Source: Syntrophales bacterium
Lineage (GTDB): Bacteria; Desulfobacterota; Syntrophia; Syntrophales; UBA5619
NCBI GenBank assembly: GCA_030654195.1
Contig: JAURXV010000053.1
Coordinates: 16,958 to 80,957 of the forward strand
Reading direction: 5' to 3'
DNA: 64,000 nucleotides
A model generated the notes under the pieces. The model was not told the origin of the DNA, did not search any database, and was given only the letters and a program-made list of their open reading frames with translations. Below, piece after piece: positions 9,005 to 15,926 of the stretch; position 1 is the first letter of the stretch, and each line of letters starts with the position of its first letter. A program made the position numbers and the translations under genes.

Positions 9005-10137
9005 GACGTTCCTCCAGAAGGGGCGTCTCCGGCGGTAAAAAAACAGGCAAAATTGGTCATCGTCACGACGCCCCGGAGCTTCTGATCTTCACCGACAACC
9101 GGCAGCCAGACCCTTTTGTTTCTCAGCATGGCCTCAAGGGTGTGACCGACCTCGTCCGTTGTCTCCGCCGGAGGAAGGGCGCGGTCGAGCAGCGCCACAT
9201 CGCCGGAACGGCCGCCCCGCATCACTTGCTCATAAGAGATCGTGCCCTGAAACCGCCCCTCTTTGTCAACGACAAGCAGGATGTCCTTCCCGGATTCCGC
9301 CATCCTGCGTTCCGCTTCGGAAAGACGATCCGCCGGGATCGTCATGCCGTCCGCCGGATCCATGATGTCGGCGATCCGCAGCAGTTTCATCAGCTTAATG
9401 CCGCCTTCCCGGCCGACCATGTCCCGCACAAAGGGATCGGCCGGTTCCCGGAGGATCTTTCTGGGCGTATCGAACTGGACGATCTTGCCGTTGCGCATGA
9501 CGGCGATGCGGTCCCCCAGCTTGATCGCCTCGTCCATATCATGGGTCACGAAAAGGATCACCTTCTTGAGCCGCCTCCGGAGCCGCAGAAACTCATCCTG
9601 CAACTGAGCCCGGGTGATGGGATCCAGTGCGCCGAAGGGTTCATCCATCAGGATCACCGGCGGATCGGCGGCCAGTCCTCTCGCCACGCCGACCCGTTGT
9701 TTCTGTCCCCCTGAGAGCTGATTGGGATAGCGGTTTCTGAATGCGGCAGGTTCAAGCCCCACGAGATGGAGAAGCTCCTCGGTCCTCTCGTTCCGTTTCC
9801 TTTCGGGCCATCCCTGGAGACGGGGGACAAGGGCGATGTTCTGGGACACCGTCATGTGCGGGAAAAGACCGACATCCTGGATCACATAACCGATGCTGCG
9901 ACGCAGGGCGATCACGTCCGTCTGTGCCGTGTCCTGATCGTTTAGATAGATGTGCCCCCCGGTGGGTTCCACCAGCCGGTTAAGCAGCTTCACCGTGGTC
10001 GTTTTTCCACATCCGGATGGCCCCACAAAGGTGATACATTCGCCGTCGAATATCTCAAAGCTCACATCATCGACGGCCCGGGTCCCTTCCGGAAACACCT
10101 TGCTCACCCCGTCAAACTTGATTATCACATGAGACAC
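9001..10137 (-). CDS. Osmoprotectant ABC transporter ATP-binding protein with C-terminal CBS pair (OpuCA/OsmV-like)
   Basis: 378 aa. Walker A GPSGCGKTT, signature LSGGQKQR, Walker B ILMDEPFGALD, and a roughly 130-aa C-terminal CBS-like region. Confidence 0.9.
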   Translation of the reverse strand: MSHVIIKFDGVSKVFPEGTRAVDDVSFEIFDGECITFVGPSGCGKTTTVKLLNRLVEPTGGHIYLNDQDTAQTDVIALRRSIGYVIQDVGLFPHMTVSQNIALVPRLQGWPERKRNERTEELLHLVGLEPAAFRNRYPNQLSGGQKQRVGVARGLAADPPVILMDEPFGALDPITRAQLQDEFLRLRRRLKKVILFVTHDMDEAIKLGDRIAVMRNGKIVQFDTPRKILREPADPFVRDMVGREGGIKLMKLLRIADIMDPADGMTIPADRLSEAERRMAESGKDILLVVDKEGRFQGTISYEQVMRGGRSGDVALLDRALPPAETTDEVGHTLEAMLRNKRVWLPVVGEDQKLRGVVTMTNFACFFTAGDAPSGGTS

Positions 10138-10371
10138 TTTTCAACAGATCCTTCCACAGAGATAATCGCTTGAAAGGTAGAATCCAGTATCCGAAAAAAA
10201 ACAAAAGACTGAATCGGTGTAGATGGGAAAGCTCATAATGCTAAATTATGTATATTGTCAAGCTATTATTTCGGCTATCCAAGGAGGCCTAAAAACCATT
10301 TCTGCTCCTGAAGGAATCATGATATAAATCACACGTAGGATATTCCATTACCAACATAGGACGGAAATGCC

Positions 10372-12060
10372 ATGCCTGTTTTATTGGAATGCGTCCCCAA
10401 CTTCAGCGAGGGCAACGACACGGAGGTGATCCGCCGGATCACCGACCGGATTGAGGCGGTGGAAGGAATCAGGCTCCTGGATGTAGATCCGGGGAGGGCC
10501 GCCAATCGCACCGTGGTCACCTTTGTGGGACCGCCCGATGCAGTGGTAGAGGCTGCCTTTGCCGCCATCGAAAAGGCGGCAGAGCTCATCGATATGAGGA
10601 GGCATTCCGGGAAACACCCAAGGATCGGAGCCACCGATGTCTGTCCTCTTGTCCCCGTCTCCGACATCTCTATGGAAGAGGCGGCCGCCCTGGCCCGTTC
10701 CCTGGCGGAGCGCGTCGGCCGGGAACTGCAAATCCCCGTCTACTGCTATGAAAATGCCGCCTTCACCGAGGAGAGACGAGATCTCGCCTTCTGCCGGACC
10801 GGTGAATACGAAGGACTGGCAGAGCGCCTCCGGGACCCGCGCTGGAAACCGGATTTCGGGCCGGCCCGGTTCAACGCCAGAACGGGCGCCACCGTGATCG
10901 GCGCACGGGATTTCCTCGTGGCCTACAACGTGAACCTGAACGCGACCTCTGCACACCCGGCCAGCGTCATAGCCGCTGAGATCCGTGAGAAAGGCCGCCC
11001 CAGCAAGGAAGGCATAAACGTTGTGCCGGATACGGAAGGGACCCTCTTGTGCATCCCGGGGACTCTGAAGGCCTGCAAGGCGATCGGCTGGTATATCCGG
11101 GAATACGGGATCGCCCAAGTCTCCATGAATCTGACCGATATCTCCGTGACGCCGATTCACAGGGCCTTTGAGGAGGTGTGCCGCAGGGCGGAAGCTCTGG
11201 GGCTCCGGGTCACAGGCTCGGAGATAGTGGGGCTTGTTCCCAGAAGGGCCTTGACCGAGGCAGGCAGGTATTTCCTTCATAAACAGCATCGCTCCGCCGG
11301 TGTCTCTGAAGAGGAACTGATCCGGCTCGCGATCCGTTCCCTCGGCCTGAATGACCTGAAACCCTTTGTCTCAAAAGAGAAGCTCATCGAATACCGCATC
11401 GCCGGCCCTGGAGAACGGGCGCTCACAAACCTGACCAGCTGGGCTTTCGCCAATGAGGTCGCTTCCGAGTCGCCGGCGCCCGGCGGGGGTTCCGTCGCAG
11501 CGCTCGTCGGCGCTCTGGGCAGCGCCCTGGGATCAATGGTGGCCGCAATCTCTTCCCAAAAGGCCGGCGGGGAAGGCCGGTGGCGGGAATTTTCCGATTG
11601 GGCGGAAAAGGGCCAGCAGTTGAAAGAGGCGCTGCTGGTACTGGTGGATGAGGATACCCGGGCCTTCAAGCGGGTCATGGATACCCTGGCCATGCCAAAG
11701 AAGACGGATGAGGAAAAAACCGGTAGGGCCATGGCCGTCGAGGGGGCGACAAGGTACGCAATGGAGGTTCCCCTCCAAGTCATGGAAAAATCGCTGGCCG
11801 CCATGGACCTCCTGCGGGCAATGGCTGAGGAGGGCAACCCCGCTTCCGTGACGGACGCCGGCGTAGGGGCCCTCTGCGCCCGCACGGCCGTCATCGGCGC
11901 CTTTATGAACATCCGGATCAACGCGGCGGCCATCCGGGACAAGGTCTTCGCCGTCAAGCTCCTGGAGAGGGGGACCGGGATGGTGAACCTCTGCGAACAG
12001 CAGGAAGAGGAGATTCGCCGGATCGTCGGGAAACGCATCGAAGGAAAGGCTGTGCTATAA
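10372..12060 (+). CDS. Bifunctional glutamate formimidoyltransferase / formimidoyl-THF cyclodeaminase (FTCD-like)
   Basis: 562 aa. The N-terminus LECVPNFSEGND is the hallmark start of glutamate formiminotransferase. The C-terminal ~200 aa carries the cyclodeaminase motif SPAPGGGSVAALVGALGSALGSMVA. Confidence 0.9.
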   Translation: MPVLLECVPNFSEGNDTEVIRRITDRIEAVEGIRLLDVDPGRAANRTVVTFVGPPDAVVEAAFAAIEKAAELIDMRRHSGKHPRIGATDVCPLVPVSDISMEEAAALARSLAERVGRELQIPVYCYENAAFTEERRDLAFCRTGEYEGLAERLRDPRWKPDFGPARFNARTGATVIGARDFLVAYNVNLNATSAHPASVIAAEIREKGRPSKEGINVVPDTEGTLLCIPGTLKACKAIGWYIREYGIAQVSMNLTDISVTPIHRAFEEVCRRAEALGLRVTGSEIVGLVPRRALTEAGRYFLHKQHRSAGVSEEELIRLAIRSLGLNDLKPFVSKEKLIEYRIAGPGERALTNLTSWAFANEVASESPAPGGGSVAALVGALGSALGSMVAAISSQKAGGEGRWREFSDWAEKGQQLKEALLVLVDEDTRAFKRVMDTLAMPKKTDEEKTGRAMAVEGATRYAMEVPLQVMEKSLAAMDLLRAMAEEGNPASVTDAGVGALCARTAVIGAFMNIRINAAAIRDKVFAVKLLERGTGMVNLCEQQEEEIRRIVGKRIEGKAVL

Positions 12061-12255
12061 GTTACTTGAAATGCAGCGTCTGTATAAGGCCGTGCTGCCC
12101 GACCCGTCGGCGCGGGAGTTTGCCGCCGAAGTGACGCCCGTGCAGGAGAGCTGCGGGAGAATGGGTTCCCATATCAGGTGAACGGAAGTATATAACTTGA
12201 ATCTGCGCCTTTTCTAAGCCGAGTGTAACCAATCCGATTAAGAAAGGATGATTTC

Positions 12256-13050
12256 ATGCTGATCATTGCCGAGAGGATCAATGCGTCGCGAAAACAGATT
12301 GCACAAGCCATCAGCGCCGGGGACCGCGCCTTCATCCAGGGGGAGGCGAAGGCGCAGACCCAGGCGGGGGCGCATTACATCGACGTCAATGCCGGCACCT
12401 TCGTCGGCGAGGAGGCCGACAAGCTGAAATGGATCGTGGAGGCCGTCCAGGAGGTTACGGAACTGCCGCTCTCGATCGACAGCCCGGATGCCGAGGTGAT
12501 CAAAGCGGTGATGCCGCTGCTGAAGAAGACCCCGCTCATCAATTCCATAACGCTGGAGCCGTCGCGGATCGAGGGAATTCTGCCGATCATCGTTGCGCAC
12601 AAGACCAAGGTGATCGCCCTCTGCCAGTCGGGGCACGGGTCGGCTGAGACGACCGAGCGTAAGGTGGCGCTGGCGGGACAACTTGTGGAAAAGCTCACGG
12701 GGGCAGGCGTCCCCCTCGACGACATCTACATCGATCCCCTGGTATTTCCGCTGTCCACCAATCCGCAGTCGGCCAATGCGACCTTGAATGCGATCGGTGA
12801 GATCATGAAGAAATTCCCCGGCTCCCATACTATTTGCGGTCTCACAAATGTTTCCTACGGTCTTCCCGCGAGAAAGCTGGTCAACCGGGCTTTTCTTGCT
12901 GCCGCGATCACCAAAGGGCTGGATTCGGCCATCATCGATCCGACGGACAAGCTCCTCTATGCGATGCTGAAGGCCGTGACCCTCATCGTCGGCAAGGATG
13001 ACTTCTGCATGGATTACATTCGCGCCTTCCGCGATGGTCGCGTCGAATAG
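12256..13050 (+). CDS. Pterin-binding methyltransferase (methyl-corrinoid:tetrahydrofolate methyltransferase, MeTr/MtrH-like MT2), copy 1
   Basis: 264 aa. MLIIAERINASRK...AGAHYIDVNAG...SIDSP...INSITLE...YIDPLVFPLSTN...CGLTNVSYGLP is a dihydropteroate-synthase-like pterin-binding TIM barrel. By my manual alignment it differs from 21460-22254 at about 46 of 264 positions. Confidence 0.85.
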   Translation: MLIIAERINASRKQIAQAISAGDRAFIQGEAKAQTQAGAHYIDVNAGTFVGEEADKLKWIVEAVQEVTELPLSIDSPDAEVIKAVMPLLKKTPLINSITLEPSRIEGILPIIVAHKTKVIALCQSGHGSAETTERKVALAGQLVEKLTGAGVPLDDIYIDPLVFPLSTNPQSANATLNAIGEIMKKFPGSHTICGLTNVSYGLPARKLVNRAFLAAAITKGLDSAIIDPTDKLLYAMLKAVTLIVGKDDFCMDYIRAFRDGRVE

Positions 13051-13068
13051 CGGAAGAGGAGGAATGTC

Positions 13069-13767
13069 GTGTCGGTGGCTGAAGCGGAGCGGAATGGACG
13101 AAGTATGATCATCGCCTGCCGCGTCATGGAGCCGGAGCTGGCCCATCTCCTTTCGGAGAAGAACGGAGAGGATGATCGGACGGATATCCTCTATCTCGAA
13201 CAGGCTCTTCATCGGACGCCGGCCAAACTGCTCGGTCAGTTACAGGAGAAGATCGATCAAGTCGCGCGGACAGCCTCGCGGATCGTCCTCGGTTACGGCC
13301 TCTGCGCCAAAGGGGTTGTGGGAGTCACGGCAGGTGAGCCGGAGCTGATCGTACCCCGCTGCCACGACTGCATCGCCCTGTTTCTCGGTTCACCGAACCG
13401 TCATCTGGAGATCTTCCGGGAAAAACCGGGGACCTACTACCTGACGCCGGGCTGGGTTGCGGATAATCAGGATCCACTCGGACTTATAGAGGAGCACGTC
13501 CCCCGGTATGGCCGGGAGACGGCGCAGTGGGTGATCGAGGAGGAGCTGAAACACTATACCCATATCGCCCTGATCGATACGGGGGTGGAGGAGATGGCGC
13601 CGCTCCGGGCGCGGGCGATGGAAAACGCCGCCGTCCTGAAGAAACAGTATGAGGAGATCCCGGGCAGCCTCGCTTATTTCCGCGAACTCCTCCGCGGCCC
13701 CTACGCGGAGGAAAAATTCCTGCGCCTCCAACCTGGAGAGAAGTTCACCCAGGAGATGGTCTTTTAG
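13069..13767 (+). CDS. DUF1638 domain protein, copy 1
   Basis: 232 aa. GTG start 6 nt after GAGGAGG; ATG at 13105 is an alternative. IIACRVMEPEL...LEQALHRTP...GYGLC...PRCHDCIALFLGS...YYLTPGW fits my recollection of DUF1638, a family found beside corrinoid methyltransferases. It is a close paralog of 29196-29936. Confidence 0.7.
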   Translation: MSVAEAERNGRSMIIACRVMEPELAHLLSEKNGEDDRTDILYLEQALHRTPAKLLGQLQEKIDQVARTASRIVLGYGLCAKGVVGVTAGEPELIVPRCHDCIALFLGSPNRHLEIFREKPGTYYLTPGWVADNQDPLGLIEEHVPRYGRETAQWVIEEELKHYTHIALIDTGVEEMAPLRARAMENAAVLKKQYEEIPGSLAYFRELLRGPYAEEKFLRLQPGEKFTQEMVF

Positions 13768-13900
13768 TTTTTATTCCCCAGGGTCGGCAGATGGGGGAAG
13801 GCGTCCGACATGTGGGGGATGAACATGGCGGCCATGAACTCCTCCTGGAACTCTTTCGCAAGGGTCAGTTCGAGGTATTCGACCTCTTTTGCAACAACCT
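13764..13900 (-). pseudogene. 3'-terminal remnant of a corrinoid reductive-activator (RACE) gene
   Basis: 13783-13900 matches 29897-30014 (the 3' end of the intact RACE gene) with about 5 mismatches by eye. The minus-strand translation ...EYLELTLAKEFQEEFMAAMFIPHMSDAFPHLPTLGNKN* parallels the intact C-terminus ...EYLELTLVKEFQEEFMAAMFIPHMSDAFPHLPTQKTSPG*. Homology stops abruptly at 13900 and no upstream coding part remains. Confidence 0.65.
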
Positions 13901-14088
13901 CCTATTTATGCAATTTATTTTTGATTATTTTCACCCTCTGCTTGGGATTGAAATCAGGTTCTGGTCATTCCCGTGCTTCATTAATCGGCAACTGCAAATC
14001 CAGCTTAATTTAGACTTTTGCAATTACCTAAAACATTAGATGATTTATTGTAAACACCGGCTAATTTGCGCTGTATTAAAAAAATAAC

Positions 14089-14117
14089 TTGACAACTTAG
14101 TAGAATAATCCTATTAT
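14089..14117 (+). promoter_or_regulatory. Sigma70-type promoter candidate for the TRAP#1/methyltransferase operon
   Basis: TTGACA (14089-14094), 17-nt spacer, TATTAT (14112-14117), set in a GC-poor spacer about 200 nt upstream of the DctP start. Confidence 0.55.
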
Positions 14118-14320
14118 CCCATCGGATCATGGCTCTGCCCGCAAAAGCAAACGAAATCAACGAAAACAATCCTGGCAGGGTGTTCTTTCTCAGGGAAAAA
14201 CAAGGCAAGAGAATCCGGAGGTCGATTCCTCAGGTCGTTCGATTGAATGATTGAGGACGGATTTCGCTCTCCGGCAAGACAACAAGGGAAATCCAGCAAA
14301 AAATCATGAAGGAGGAGTCT

Positions 14321-15346
14321 ATGAAGAAAAGATGGTTTGTAATCGTTTGTGTTGTTTCGGTTTTGCTCTGGGTGGCCGCACCGGCGGCGGCAGCCGAGGG
14401 TCCCATCAAATGGAAAGCCCAAACTCTTTGGAATCCCCAGGAAACCCCCCAGAGAACTTTTGAAGACTTCTGCAAGAAAGTCAAGATTATGACCAACGGC
14501 CGGCTGGAGATCGAACCCTATCCGGCAGGCTCCATCGTTCCGACCAACGAAACCCTCACCGCAGTTCAGAACAATGTTCTTCAGGCTATCCATGTCTGGC
14601 CGGGATACGCCAGCGGCAAGAACCCCGCCTTTGCCGCCCTGACCGACCTGATCTTCGCCTATGAGCATCCATGGGAACTGGACACCTTCATGCACTACCG
14701 CGGGGGGCTGGACATGCTGCGCGATCTCTACAAACCGTTCAACGCCTATACCGTAGGCGTGATGTTCTGGGGCGTCGAGTCTTGGCCGTCCAAAAAGCCC
14801 ATTGCCAAACTGGCGGACCTCAAGGGCATCAAGATCCGCGAACCGCAGGGCATGGAGGCTGAATTCATGGTCAAGGCCGGCGCCGCCGTGGTTGTCATGC
14901 CGGGCACGGAAATCTTTTCCGCTCTGGACAAGGGCGTTGTCCAGGCCACCAACTGGGCGACCCCTTCCATCAACGACAAAACCGGGTTTCACCAAATTGC
15001 GCCTTTCTTCACCTACCCCGGTTTCCACTCCATGCCCATCGGAGACTTCACGGTCAACAAGGGTGAATGGGATAAGCTTCCCCCAGATATCAAGCAGATC
15101 CTCACAACGGCCACCCGCGAGTGGTGCTGGGATTCCGTCGAAAGGATCGCGATGGATGACCTGAAGGTGGTGGGTGAAGCCAAATCCAAGAAAATGACGG
15201 CTGTGGCCTGGAGCACGGAAGAGAAGGCCAAGGCCCGTAAGATCGCCCAGGGAATCTGGCAGGACTGGAAGAAGAAAAACGAGCAGACCAAACTCGTAAT
15301 CGAGGCCCAGGAGGCCTGGCTCAGGGAATTGGGACGCATCAAATAA
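14321..15346 (+). CDS. TRAP transporter substrate-binding protein (DctP family), system 1
   Basis: The ORF track starts at 14306. I prefer ATG 14321, preceded by GGAGGAG, giving MKKRWFVIVCVVSVLLWVAAPAAAAEG as a signal peptide. The mature part IKWKAQTLW...GRLEIEPYPAGSIVP is homologous to the second DctP at 24186. Confidence 0.88.
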   Translation: MKKRWFVIVCVVSVLLWVAAPAAAAEGPIKWKAQTLWNPQETPQRTFEDFCKKVKIMTNGRLEIEPYPAGSIVPTNETLTAVQNNVLQAIHVWPGYASGKNPAFAALTDLIFAYEHPWELDTFMHYRGGLDMLRDLYKPFNAYTVGVMFWGVESWPSKKPIAKLADLKGIKIREPQGMEAEFMVKAGAAVVVMPGTEIFSALDKGVVQATNWATPSINDKTGFHQIAPFFTYPGFHSMPIGDFTVNKGEWDKLPPDIKQILTTATREWCWDSVERIAMDDLKVVGEAKSKKMTAVAWSTEEKAKARKIAQGIWQDWKKKNEQTKLVIEAQEAWLRELGRIK

Positions 15347-15368
15347 CGGTTGAACCTGATTTCATCCC

Positions 15369-15405
15369 GGGAGGAAGAGATTGTTATTCTCTTCCTCCCC
15401 TTTTC
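15369..15405 (+). terminator. Post-SBP stem-loop / partial terminator (attenuates dctQM relative to dctP)
   Basis: Perfect 12-bp stem gggaggaagaga (15369-15380) / tctcttcctccc (15388-15399) with a 7-nt loop, followed by CTTTTC. Confidence 0.55.
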
Positions 15406-15425
15406 ATACGATCCGGAGGGTTGTT

Positions 15426-15926
15426 TTGAAAACGGCACTTTCTATTATTGATGCTTTCAGTACAAAGATCGGCAAAGCGGTCAGCATCCTGTCCTTATTG
15501 ATTGCCTTCAGTATCGGTTATGAAGTCATGATGCGCGACTTTCTGACCCGTCCCACCACCTGGGTGGCGGAGGCGACGATCTTCGGCTGCTCCCTTCTCT
15601 ACCTTCTGGGGGGGCCCTGGACCATGCTGACCGACAACCATGTTCGCGTGGATGTCCTCTATGTCCGATTCAAGCCCCGTGTCCGGGCCTTGGTCGACTG
15701 TCTGACCTATTTCGCCTTTTCCCTCTATATCGTGGTGATGGCGATAGCCACCTTCCGCTATGCGGCGCAGTCCATCGGTCTGCGGGAGACGACCCAGTCG
15801 CCCTGGAATCCGCCCATCTATCCGTTCAAGGCGGCGATGTTCATCGCCCTGACGATGATTTTTCTCCAGGGCACGGCCAAATTCATCCGGGATCTCCATC
15901 TCGTCGTCAAGGGGAGGCCTTTATGA
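15426..15926 (+). CDS. TRAP transporter small permease (DctQ family), system 1
   Basis: The ORF track begins at 15381, which lies inside the hairpin loop. TTG at 15426, 7 nt after GGAGGG, gives LKTALSIIDAFSTKIGKAVSILSLL... It has four predicted TM segments and its stop overlaps the dctM start (ATGA). Confidence 0.75.
   Translation: MKTALSIIDAFSTKIGKAVSILSLLIAFSIGYEVMMRDFLTRPTTWVAEATIFGCSLLYLLGGPWTMLTDNHVRVDVLYVRFKPRVRALVDCLTYFAFSLYIVVMAIATFRYAAQSIGLRETTQSPWNPPIYPFKAAMFIALTMIFLQGTAKFIRDLHLVVKGRPL

Noticed and set aside
10138-10371. Specific promoter calls in the divergent opu/FTCD intergenic region
   Set aside because: A TTGACA (complement of 10256-10261) is present. The best -10 candidates (TTATGA at 17 nt, CATTAT at 15 nt) are poor, so no promoter was annotated.
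12238-13212. 324-aa minus-strand ORF (and its twin at 21385-22299)
   Set aside because: Both are antisense to the two paralogous pterin-binding methyltransferase genes. Their mutual similarity is a by-product of sense-strand conservation.
13791-14039. 82-aa and 67-aa + strand ORFs after DUF1638 copy 1
   Set aside because: Their N-terminal parts are the antisense of the RACE remnant. The remainder runs through AT-rich spacer with no coding signal.
14118-14320. Cobalamin or THF riboswitch in the TRAP#1 leader (and in 12061-12255)
   Set aside because: I could not find the B12-box-like core or other conserved riboswitch signatures by eye. It is kept only as an unclassified structured leader; a covariance-model scan is needed.
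14114-15028. 304-aa minus-strand ORF
   Set aside because: It is antisense to dctP#1 and crosses the promoter and leader. It has no motifs, whereas the sense-strand product has a signal peptide and DctP homology.
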